DNA of 64,000 nt from positions 300,657 to 364,656 of the forward strand of contig NMRA01000250.1 of the NCBI GenBank assembly GCA_002633005.1. The letters run 5' to 3'. The stretch is from Phoronis australis. Its lineage: Eukaryota > Animalia > Phoronida. Both the position numbers and the translations under genes were made by a program. Shown here one piece after another: positions 1 through 12,900 of this stretch; within the stretch, counting starts at the first letter, position 1; each line of letters begins with the position of its first letter. Under the pieces are notes generated by a model, which had not been told where the DNA came from, did no database searches, and worked only from the letters and a program-made list of their open reading frames with translations.

Positions 1-835
1 GGAATATTACATAATTGAAGAATTACAATATAAATAGTTCCATACAAAAAGTTTTTATATGCTTCAAAAATGGACATGACAATCGAAGTAGCTAAATGGG
101 TCAAAGATCATTAGCTGATTTAAAAAAAAATTGAACCAAATGTGTTTTCTTATTACACAAAATAACAATTAATTTGACACTCAATTTATTATGGCAGCAA
201 GGGGGCTATTAATTTCTCTCTAACTGTTCAAAATTAGTGCTACCACCAGGGGGCTCTGCCCATAACAGGTTGGAGTATCGTGCACTCTCAGGATTTGTCA
301 GGAGGGCATTTTTGTCCATGTATCGCCTAAGATGGGTATTGCTACGCTCTCGGATATCGTCTTTGGTGGCTTTTTGGCCAAGATCTCACGAATCGTTTCA
401 CAAACATGGTTTTTTTCTGGTACCCAATTTCCCACTAGCTGTGGTAACTTGTCTGAATTTTCATTGAGCAGCAGAAATCCTACCAATTATATGGACAAGA
501 GCCCTCAGCACAGTCCTTTGGGAAAGCTTTCAATATACTTTTTCAGCTAAATAAAATTATGCTCATGTTATGAGCGATCACATTACGCCGTGTATTGAAA
601 ACTCCAAACTCCTTTTACGAGTAGGGTCCTCTGTTTTGTTAAGTATTGTTCACACATGCAGAAATAGAAAATGGCATCTATGCAGAACAAAGGGTTTTGC
701 TTTGTGTTTAACAAGATGAGTTGTTAAAATTACATGTAAGCTGCTTTAACGACTGTTACATTTAACAAGCAGAATTAGCCAGCAGATGGAGAAAATGGTT
801 AACTCTGACGATCACCACCAGGAGGGGCTACTCAC

Positions 836-961
836 ATCAAGCTCAGTATCTGAGGAAAGGGCGCTGCTATCAGTGGTCATATCATCTCCAGACAGGGTTA
901 GTGCGTACGAGTGCGAGAGGTCGCGTATCCTGCGATCTAAACTCGTTAATCTAGTCTTTTC
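836..961 (-). CDS. PHLDB: PHLDB exon (EKTRLTSLDRRIRDLSHSYALTLSGDDMTTDSSALSSDTELD)
   Basis: Acceptor ctctctctgtctgtcgtag, donor GAT|GTGAGT, phase 0-0. Confidence 0.85.
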
Positions 962-3900
962 CTACGACAGACAGAGAGAGAAGACGGCTCACGTGACACC
1001 AAGGCTTGGTCTACTGAGACTGTAGTGACAGTGCTTTTAGAGGAAATCCAAAGCTTGATTCCAACCCAGTTTAGGAAGTTTCAAAAAAGCGAAACAGCAC
1101 AGATTTTAGACTTTTTAAGTACATCCATGGTGTGACAAAGGAATCCCTACAGGAGCTCCAGTAAACAAGACGTGTTCTCCTTTGAAATTCTCTCATACAG
1201 AAAGCAGACGGCTGTAGGAACCAAATGAAACTTTTTATCGGCTAGCAAAACCATAATATGGGTGTGCTTCTGCCAATGATAGAAATGATCTGAAGAAATG
1301 TGTGTGTGTGTGTGTGTTAACAATGAAAACTGGGATATGTGTTAAAAGGGGGTGATAGGACCGAAGCCTTGGGATCAATTTATTAACGGCCGATTAAAAC
1401 AAAATGGAGGAAAGGTATTAAGCAAAACGGCGTCTCCTCGCAGGAGTTAACAATGCGAGTAATTACAATCACACTCAAATTGCAGAAACTCAAACCTAAT
1501 GCACTTAACACAGCCGTGAAAACAATACAATACAATACAATACAATACAATACAATACAAAAACAAGTCAATCAAACAAATTTTTAGACACACACAGTTG
1601 ATGGTGAACTTAGAAAAACAAAAAAATACACTTCAACCAACTGATGTCTACATCACGGACAGAGGTATTCAGTACCATTTGATAGTTTCAAGACTCAAAG
1701 GCTGCTTACAGTTATAATTCTTGGCTTATTTTGCATAAAAATTAACTGAATTTCAAAGGATGATTACCTTTACCGTAACTGATGCACATTTTACCGGATG
1801 CTGTTTTATAACACGTAGAGTACAAGCCAAAAATGAACGGACAAAAAATGACCCAGAGTTCACCCAGTCATGACGGCTGATCGCAAATGAAGTTCCATCA
1901 AGATGGGTGAATGAAAATGGAATTCACCAGAAGAGTAGTTAGTTAGAATGACCACTTGTCCCCCCCCGTCATGACGCAAAACAGCATTTTGTCTGATTAC
2001 TTTTGTTGTAAACTGGCAAAAAAATATTTAAACAAACTCTTACATATTCTTGATCTCTTTTTTAAGAAATTAGACAAAATAAATTTCACTTGTCGGCCAC
2101 ATTGTGGGCTAACTAGAAGACTTATCGTAACTGAACCCTAGTCCAACATCAATGTGTTAGATATGCTACAGATACAAGTTATGAGAAACCTTGCAAAGAA
2201 ATAGCCACTCATAAGTCTGTGATCACAGACTGCATTTGCCTTGGAGAGCTAATGTGACGCACTAAATAGTTTCAGGCCACCTGTAATTTGGATACAGGGT
2301 GGAGAAAAACGCACGTGTCCACCAACAATTGAACAAAACACACGATTAAATACAATGGACAAGAAAAGCTTCACAGGCAAACCTCATGATCACCACGCCA
2401 AGACAAATGCAAACGTTATTCACACTCAAAAGCAAATAAGAATAAGCAGTCATTGAAGCTGGACACACCAATATGATTATTTGTGCACACTGTTGCCAAG
2501 TAATAAAAATGTGATACATTTTATACAAAATAGGGCTCTCGAGGACATACAGAGTAAATGAATGTTATAGGAAAAAAAATTTCAAGATGATAATGAATGT
2601 GATTGAATTTGGGAGACATCAGAATTGATGTTTTTCATGACATTGCCAAAGACTACAAGAGGTACCACACAACATAGGTCAGACCTCCCATAAGTTCAAA
2701 GAGGCTATAAACCTGCATTCCATCCAAAAAAGAACTTTTGATTTTGACTGCTCACCGCGATAATATTGACATCAGCTCGTTTCTTATTCAGTGATTTCTA
2801 GGTACGCAAAGAAATGGCAGTTCATTATTCCTTGAGAACATGTCCAGTGCATAAAATGACACATCGGGACGTGACAAGCCAACTTGAAGAGCTTGGTCTC
2901 AACCAATAACGAAACTGAAATCACCTTTAATTTGACAAAGGAACAATTAGAGAGACCAATTTCATTACAGTAAGTAAATATAAATCAAGAGTTGATATCC
3001 ACGATGGAAGACAGTCTTATTGCTGCTTCAACTTTCCAACATGGCGATGCAAACATGTGATACACTTTAACACTAAGCACCAGACAGCAGCAACACTCCT
3101 TCGTGTTGCTCACTAAGTCATGTGACACCAAAGCAGAAGCAATACGCTTCATTTATGGCTGATGGAAAGCCCACAGCAGTGCAAGCTCATGTAACCATGA
3201 AGCAGACATCGTACCTTCCTAAACTGTTCAACAGATGTCTGCCTCGCCTGCTCCATGGATTCTACCTCCCCCTTTACCATGTTGAGCATGTCTTTCTGTT
3301 GCTGATCAATCTCCTTCATCCTCACCTGAAAAAATGCACAAATAAAGACTTCGTTACCTTTGCATTACATACATTTGCCGGCTATACGTGCTTAGGAAAA
3401 ATTTGAATATGATCGTGGGTGCCGTCATTTTTCAACACTCTTTAATTACTTGGAACCATTATTTCTTCAATCGCAATCGGAAACAACAAGCTTGTGAAAC
3501 TGATTTGCAACTGAAAAATGATAGGGACAGATACAAAGTCAGACGTGATAATCATCTCACTGATAAAGGATAACAAATTTAAATTTCAATCACAGATCAA
3601 GCGGTTAGCTGTAACAGCATATCAGTCATGTTTAGAATTATGAAAAACAAAGCTTTCATTATGAGACCATGGCTTTATTTCAGATGAAAACTAAGTGAAA
3701 TTGCACCTTTTCTAAGATCGAAGTTCCTGGGACTCAAATGCAGACCGTACCACAATTCAAGGCAATTTTCATCCACCATTTTCTATCAAAATTTATTGTA
3801 GTCAAGGCCAGAAACCCAAAGTTCAATTACGCATGAAAAAAATAATACCAACATCATTGAGAAAACACATTTTACGTGACCGAGGGCACAAATTTCAAAA

Positions 3901-6900
3901 CGTTATTCAGGTAAGCAGGGAATTTAGATTGCTCACTAATCTAAAGGCAACCCCTCAAACAACACACGCACACACCTCTCTTGACTTGCACTTATTGATC
4001 AAACTATCTTTCTCATTAACCAGCTGCCTCTGCACAATCTCTCTCTCCTCTTCAAACCGGGCTTCCACCTGTAGAAACAAGAACACGATCAATGTGGTCA
4101 AGCACACTACTCAAACTCGAATAACGACGAGAAACACTCGATCAGTGACAGTCATGTGACCATTTAGAAGAAACGATAAACCAAAATATTACACATCTAC
4201 CATTGTGCGAATGTACAAATATAGTTCCAACAAATCATCCAAGAGATTTCTCATCAATGACAAAATTTCAGGAAAAATTTCCAGCTACGTCTCATCCACT
4301 CAGCAGCCTATTGTCCAACTGGTCTTCATCTCAGCAGCCTATTGTCCAACTGGTCTTCATCTCAGCAGCCTATTGTCCAACTGGTCTTCATCTCAGCAGC
4401 CTATTGTCCAACTGGTCTTCATCTCAGCAGCCTATTGTCCAACTGGTCTTCATCTCAGCAGCCTATTGTCCAACTGGTCTTCATCTCAGCAGCCTATTGT
4501 CCAACTGGTCTTCATCTCAGCAGCCTATTGTCCAACTGGTCTTCATCTCAGCAGCCTATTGTCCAACTGGTCTTCATCTCAGCAGCCTATTGTCCAACTG
4601 GTCTTCATCTCAGCAGCCTATTGTCCAACTGGTCTTCATCTCAGCAGCCTATTGTCCAACTGGTCTTCATCTCAGCAGCCTATTGTCCAACTGGTCTTCA
4701 TCTCCGCTGCCTTTGACCCATATGACCATCAGTTTGTGTACACAATTTCAACACATTTTCAACTGACTTATGATACTCTAAGCAAAAGTTCCTATGTGTA
4801 ATCAAGAATTTGTTACATCGGACAAGTTTTCTGAATACTTGTCATTGAAGCTGCATACTAGAATACAGGATACAACGTAGGATATCCTCGTCGGGATGGT
4901 CATATTTTTCAGATTTCATTCATCATTGATTCGTAGGAGTCAAGTAATGACTTATTTAAAACACACTTAAAAACATCGTTGACCATCGTAGTAGGTCCAC
5001 GGAGCATTGACAAGAGCCTACCATAAAATTTCTTTAAGTTTAGAACAGAAATAATTGGTATAATTTCAAATTTCTAAAGGCTTGGGTAATTGCTGCAAAT
5101 GCGCACTGTAAAGTAGAAGCCATGTAAACAATGAATTAAAATGCACAAATCAGCTGATTTTGTTTGAAAATTTTAACGCCACATCGCTGCCAGACTGAGC
5201 TCTAAACTGAAGAATTTTTAAATTTTTAACCCAAACCCCCATTCATCGTAGTACCAACCTCGAGTTGCTGGAACTCCAGTTCCTCGAATAATTTCCGCTG
5301 GCTCTCGAGAGCCTCCCGCTGGGTCTTGAGAACCTCCTTTAGCTCTGCCTCCTCTGCCTTATTCTGACAGCTGCCAATCAAACTCTCAGTGTCCTGCACC
5401 TTGCGCTCGAGTTCACCCAACTTGAAACGTTCCGCCTCAATGCGTGCATTTTCCTGCAATAAAAATAACAAATCAAATCTCAGCTCCTCACTGGGACAAA
5501 TGTTGATAATCAAACATGAACCACAGGATGATCTACTTGAACAAGAAAGCATTTTTTAAATTTGTCAAAGATAAAAAAATATATAATTAGCAAATGGTAA
5601 GTGCAGATTAACAAGACAAACACAATGGATAAATACACCAAACCTTACATTCTACAATACATGGTACAAACATGGCAACAACTGAAGACAAAAACTAAAT
5701 CTAATTTCAGAACATGCCATTTTCATACCACAGGTAAAGACTTGACAACAAAATAATATGCACAATCACCTAACTCAGTGCTAGATTAAGACACGGCTTA
5801 TTTAACACCATAAACTCGACATTAAGCTGTAAATTGGCATTTTGACATCCTTCTAAATAGCAGAAACTGAAATGATCGGCATCGAACATGATCAAGAAAT
5901 CAGTTTTTAAATTGTTCAAATCTGTCATCAATCAATAATTTTATGATTCACATTTTGTAATATCGTAGAATACGACCAACACTATTAAAATTTCTTTCAT
6001 CTTGAGCTTAAATGTTACAAAACGCTGGACAAAAACGACAACAACTTATTCCAAATGAAGACAAAAACTAATCTAACTTCAGAACACATGCCTTTTTCAT
6101 ACCACAGATAGAAAATAGACAAGAATGCAACAGTTACCTAGATTAAATTATACAATAAACAAAATCATCCACACACTGTAAAATTGGCATTTTCTTATCC
6201 TTCCACAAGACGATAACAGATATGATTGAAGCCACACGAGGGATTCCTAGCTCATAGTTCAAAAGTTAACATGAAAACCCACAGAAATAATTGAGCCGTG
6301 ATACAACTATTGATAAAATATACTGTCTAATTTGCAAGTTATAGGAATTCCAACGGAGTAGAAAGTTGCAGTTGCGGTGAGACATATCTTTAGTAGCAGC
6401 CTTTTTGTTCAGGGTATATCGGTAAGAGGACAGTGTTACGAATTGAATTTTCGTTCAGTTTTGCATGGCCAATCAAAGCAGAGAACATGGATGACAGGCA
6501 TGCAAGGTAAGCAGCACACGTCAACGCGCAATCAAGTCACAAGGACAACAATAGATGGCACTACGTACCCATGTCCGCCTCTGAGAACGACAGAGAAAGA
6601 ATTGTCACGCAGTGAGAGTACTCAGGACTTTGCAGTAAAGCATTTTCAAGAAAGCACACATTTGTCACACAAGTGTTGCAAGGTACTAAGGCATGTAGTG
6701 AATCCATTAGCAACCCCCAAAAAAATCTAAATGAATGTCAACATTTGCGATACCAAATCAAATAACGGCTTCGAAATTGCCATGTTCCTAATGGTTAATT
6801 CTTTAAGAGAAACCTCATCTGAGGAGACACTTTTCAACAACAGTGTGTGTGACAAAAATGAGCACATTCAGCGCAGTTATCAATGTTCACTAAAATCACA

Positions 6901-9900
6901 TCAACACCAAGACACTCCTCATGTAATTTGAAATGCAGTAAAACACAGCGGAGCGCTCCTCATAACAGTTAAACGTAATGCGTAGGTGAATTTCCGTTGT
7001 ATGAAATATCCGACACATTTCACCAATGTCTCGACTATAATCAGTTCCTAGGTAAAAAAGAAACTGGAAACACAATGAAAAATGTTGAGAAGCCCATGAG
7101 TTTTCTTCACAAAATGTTGAGAAGCCCATGAGTTTTCTTCACAAAAAGGAGATCGGACTTATATAATTAAGAAGCCATGGATTAATAAGAGTGTAATATT
7201 GACAAGTCCCTACCGCCTCTCGCTCAATAGTGGCGCTCTCTGTTAGCCCCGCCAATTTCCTCTGAAGTTCATTGATCCTCTCCTGGTCACGCCGTAGACC
7301 CTCCAGTTCCGATTGGTGTTCACCTTCCAACAGGGCGCGCTCTAGTTCCAGCTACATGAAAAGGTCGCGTGAGACGTTTTGACACAATACAATTCAAACG
7401 ATCACATTGTGGACACCTTTATTTAGGGATATCAAACACATTACGAAAGTGTAATTTATGACTAGGACATAATGAGTCACTAAATTTGTACCCCACTAGG
7501 AAAAACATTCATTCCGTAGTATCAGGGTGTGAAACCGAGGATTACTACTAACTGCAGTTATTCAAAGAGTTATTTTAACACTTAAAATGTGCATTCAATA
7601 ACAACTTAGTGGGAAATCGTGACTTGATTGAACTTCATTTCGCTTATAGACTTGCGGATGTTTTTATAGAAGACTGTAATTTGACTGAAGAATGTTTTGA
7701 ACTTCAATATGAAGATATGCTATACAAGATCCTAATTGGATTGAAGCTTATTTTGAATCTCAATTTGCGGACATTCGACAGAAGAGTGTAATTTGATTGT
7801 TTAGAACCTCGACCTGCGGATATTTTATCGAAGACCGCAAGACAAAATCTTACCAATTTAGGACACAATACGGCAGATAGCAGAAATTTTATTTTCTGAT
7901 TTTTTCGTCATACAAAATATATAGCATCTTGGTTTACCACTTTCAAGTTTTGCTTTTGTATGATATGAAAACTTCTGGGAATCAACAATAATGTAAGAAG
8001 ACCTTCGCTGAAGAATGAGAAGATACTAAGTTCCATAATTTATTTTGCCCGAAAACATTGCGATTTTGCCATAATTTTATTGCAGCTTGTTTCAAACCAG
8101 TGGATATCCCATATGAGACACTGAAGTGTCTGACCAACAGTGCTGCACAGGGATGTCGTCGTCAAAGTACAACGGAATTTGAATATTTTCATTTCGGGTT
8201 TTGCATAGTTTTTGCTCAACATATCACGAGATTTGGACGTTTTATTTAACTCGTGGCAAATGCCGCTCCTGTGATAAATCTTGCGGTGACTCAATACAGA
8301 CTGAGCAGCTTCATCATGTCTGTTCTTATGTTAAAACAAAGCTCATAAAATTCTCATTCTTGAGTATCAACTACCCGCATCGAAAAACAATCTTCTAACA
8401 AAACCAACATAGAAAGCTAAAATTGAACAGACCCTTTAGCCCCTTTTACACAAGAGACAGTTGTCACCGTGTCAGCTGTCACGACTTGACTTGCTCCACT
8501 TTAGTCCCATTTAAACAATATTAGATCGCAAACTGGATCAGCACGAGGCACTTAAACGAAGACTGTCTGCGCATGTTCGAACATCCAAACCACGTGGAAT
8601 GCCAGCAGAACGCCCGTATATACGATATGGCGCAAGCGCATTGAAAGATGATCCCTTTCCGCAATGACTCACTTGTGTTTAGACGTGTAGTTGAAACTGG
8701 AGCAACTGATTGAGTGTAACTCCCTCTACCTCTCAAACCGTTGTCAAAAATGGCCGCCATGGTGTTAACTTGCTCCGTGTCAATCCTGTTTACAGACACA
8801 CTATGTCTTGCTCCTGATCAGCTGCACCGTGTTAGCTGCTCCATGACAGCTGTCTCTCGTGTAAATGCAACTTCTGTATTCCTTATTTGTCACCAAACAT
8901 TAAGGCCAGAGCAACTTACACTGACCTGGCATTTTTTTTAAAAGATTTGACTGTTTCGCATTCAATATATCCCGACCGATACTTCCTTGCTCAAATGTCA
9001 AAAAATTAACTGCTAACAATCAAGGTGGTAGTTTTAATTCAAGCACTCATCAACCCCATGTCCAATCAAAACAAGATTTACGCACTGTTGAACTGACCGC
9101 ATGACCTTACAGAGACAGTGGAATTGATGAAGAAAACAATTCGTCCACCGTAAAACTCACTTCCTTAATGGCTTCCTGTTGTTGAGTTTCTACGTCTGTC
9201 ACTTCCTGTTTTATACACGCCATTTTGTACACGGTTTCCTGGCGAGTCTTCTTCAGTTTATCAATCTGCATTCTCATCTCCGTTTCCTAGAAATTTAAGA
9301 CGTTGGCAAAGACATGGAATATTCAGTTTCTAACTGCTAGTCCATTCTAAAATTCTAAGAAAAATAAATGTATTCTGCGAACATGTTCAAACAGACATTA
9401 GCCACACTATTTAAGAATTCCACGAAAAAAATGATGTCAAGTGCTGTGGAAATTCTATGATTTAGGATCATGGTGAAAAATAATTCTTTTACTCCAGGTC
9501 AGAGTCTGTGCCAAATATTAAAAATTATTGATATGGGCAGTCCCAAATTCAAATCTTCATATATCCGAAATTATGTACTTTTTATGAACTTCCAATTCTA
9601 TTTCCAGACCATTATGCAAAATGAGCAGTCTTGAATTAAAGCAAAAATCACCCATGTCCCAAAATTCAGAATTAGGAAAATTCATCGAAGATATCCCGAA
9701 TTAAAGAGGCCTCCCAAATTGGAGAATTTCAACCGTAGTGTGCGCATGCACGCACATGTGTGTACGCATCAAAAATGCGATTCTAGGTATTCCAAAAGAT
9801 ATGATAGAAGAGGTATAAATACATTTTGAGTGAATTTTGAAGTACGATAACATTCTACACAGCTGCTCGTCTTTGATAGCTGTACAAAATGACTGCACAA

Positions 9901-12900
9901 ATAAATCGCTAATTTAAAAGCGAACATTATTTTTGGTAACATTTTACCAAACAAAGTAGACAATACTTTCAACAACTAAGCTGCACGTTGTAACAACATA
10001 GACCATACTTACATCATAGCCATTCAAGCTGTTACTTCCATCAGCTTGTGTTCTCGCAAACCTCACCCTGCCAGGCCCTTCTGTACCATCAGACATTGTT
10101 TTCAGACATTTGCTCAGATTGGCTATGTTGCTATGCTCCTGATCAGATGCCGCAGTAGTACTCGCAGGTTTACGCCGCGCGGCAATAGCTGAATTCACCG
10201 TCTGCTGAAGCTGCGCACTATCCAGACCATATTGAGCTAAGACATTCACTTGACCCGATTCCGCCGAAATGGTTGCCGTCGTTGTTGTGTTCGACGTCAA
10301 AAACGATGGTGGTTTCTCATTTGTTGGACTGGCAACACGGTTGTGCCTCAGTTGTGTCTTTGGCTGACGTTTGATAGTGCCATCATGGAGCTCTTCCTCT
10401 GACGTTGAGCCCGAGCTCTGGACGCGATTTCGAAAATCTGTGCCGATCTCTTTGCGTGTGGTTGTCGGCGAAGCAATCATCAGAGAACCGTTGGTTTTTA
10501 TCTTAGTGTGCTCACGGCGATCTAAGGACCCTGTTGTCGACTTTCCTTCAAGCGAGTCTGTTGGCGAATTATCCGAATCATTTGTGACAAGTCGCAGCGC
10601 AAGTTCCGCCTCGTCTAGCGCACGTTTCTCAATGTTCAAATCAAGAGTACGGTTACTGGCTCCTCCTACAGTGGAGAATTCAGAGTGGCCATGGCCTTCA
10701 ATGTTTCCAGACAGGTTTGATGTGGGCACCACAACTGATAACTGGCCATTTCGAAAATTTTTCGATTCGTGTCTGAGACTCCAGGTAGTGTCCTTGTTAT
10801 CAACTTGATCAGGTGATCCTTTGGAAATATTATTATGCACAAAACCACTGGTGTTCGACTTAATGCTAACATGTGTCTTTGAGCTACTGCTGAAATAACC
10901 CACGTCCTCCTGTTTCTGAGAATCATAGACACCGTGACTCTCGTCGAAACTCTTCTTTGACGACATGACACGATCTAAACTCTTTCCCACAGCAGCATTT
11001 TGCATGTGGTTACTCGGCGCCAACGAACTTGGCAGAGTGGAAGAGCCAGATTTCACCGGTCTTTCCACCAATGAGTTCGAGTTCGATTTCTCATCAGGAA
11101 CATTTCCACCATAATCGAACACCTCGGATAGCGGTATGCCTCCACCGTGCCTCTCTTGTTCCACCTGCTTCTCGTACTCAGCGCACATGCTCAGTATCTC
11201 TTCCAACCGTTGCTGCTCTTGCTGTTCCATTTCCTGTTCGCGCTTGCGCTCTTCCACCATCTGCTGGTGGGTCAACACCAGATCCTGCTGGCTGGACGTC
11301 AGACTGCCCAGATCGAGGTCGCCAGAGTCGAAAGCCACACCACCACCCTCGGAGAAGGGTCGCGTGTGAGCTGCAGCGGCAGTGCCACTTAGACTACACG
11401 GAGACGCGTTGCCCGCCGAGTGCACTCCGCCACGTCCGCTTGTCGTCAAAGCACTGTCATCTGACCTGTAGGTGTCAGTACTGCTGCCTGTCGTACTTGT
11501 ACTACTAACGCTGGTAAACGAGCTCTCACTAGCCATTGATCGAGTTCTCTCATTGCTTCCTCCGCCACTATTACTACCATTAATCTGACTTAGTGAGATG
11601 CGTGTAGTCATAGTCTCTTTTGTAAAAATCTTTTCACCCGTATGTTTCCGGGGCATCGGCTGAGGGGGCAGACGATCTATGACTTGCACATGAGGTGCTG
11701 CATTCGGAAGCTTTTTTGACTCGCCTCCATAGTTTTGTCTATTGAGAGAATTCGTTCCACTGATCTCATTGGAGAATTGCTCCTCATTCATTTGTCCGAG
11801 AGATCGCGGCGACAAGGGCCCAGGAGACATGCCAACATTGTGCAGTTGGCGTTCAAATGTGTTCACTTTATTCTTGAAGCTCATCTCAGCGGCTTCGTCC
11901 CGGTAGCGGGTCTGGTGAGTTGTTGTCTGCTGCACGTCGAAGTGGACGCGTTGTCTGCCGTGCGCCCCCTCCTCGCTCTCGCGTATCTGCTCTAACGTTG
12001 ATGCCCGATTGTTCTCGGCCAGTAGCCGCATGTAATCCTCGTCAATGTCCAGTCCTACAAAAGATAATTACGATCGATTTCCTTGCAAACCGCGATTAGC
12101 CGGTAGTATCAAAAAATATTAGTTAAAGGAAACTGCCAAGTGTCAGCGTGAAAGTTGTTTGAATTCACAAATTATCTAGACATGGACCTAGATACGGCTC
12201 GAGGCTGTTTTGAAACTGGATGTATAAAGAATGCGCTTTCAATTTTTCCTCTATCACAACGTTAATGATGTCAAGCAGGAGGTCACTACCACTACAACAG
12301 TACCTGTTAATACAAAACTTCACTGAGACTTGAAATGCAATTAAGCTCTACATTCAACTGATACGTGACTACAGAGAACTCCATTTGCCCCTTGGAAGAA
12401 AACTTGACAGAACAAGTTCATTCTGCCAGGCTGCCCTGGCTCTAAGCCCGAAACAGGCATTGTACTGACCTGGCAAGAAGCCAATTGGGGCCATGGAAAT
12501 TCGGGCATTCGCCGGCAGGGAGTCTTTCATCTGTTTGGCCTGCTGGGGGTGATTGAATCGGAAGTAATTGGATCGGCCGAGACATATCATGCATCCTGAA
12601 ATGCAGCAAAACGTGAAACTGTAGAATTCCGTGTTCACACGTCATTGAAGCACAATAGTGACGCAGGAACAACTGATAAGAAATCACCCAGACAACAAAA
12701 GATGAAAGAAATGACAAGAAAAAAATACACAATCCCAAAGAAAGCATTAGCTTTTGGCAAAATTTTTCCAAAATCAACTGAATGACGAGAAAACACGCAA
12801 TCCATTTAAAACTTAGTTAACAAGGATATGCTGTCTTAAAGATTTCTGGATACTTTAAAATTTGTAGACTTCGTAAACAACAAAACACTGAACACGGAAC

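Noticed and set aside
200-549. Possible next PHLDB exon after 836
   Set aside because: The acceptors examined (547-549 and about 480) hit stops within about 15 codons and no PH-domain motif is visible; an alternative terminal exon cannot be excluded.
4203-4801. Repetitive ORFs of 124-198 aa and a CRISPR-like regular array
   Set aside because: Perfect 31-bp tandem units with no spacers; the ORFs are an artefact of a stop-free unit.
10371-11995. Plus-strand ORFs of 77-159 aa
   Set aside because: Antisense shadows of the large PHLDB exon.
9944-12031. 695-aa ORF as a standalone single-exon gene
   Set aside because: It is bounded by splice sites at 12054 and 10013 that join in phase with flanking PHLDB exons.
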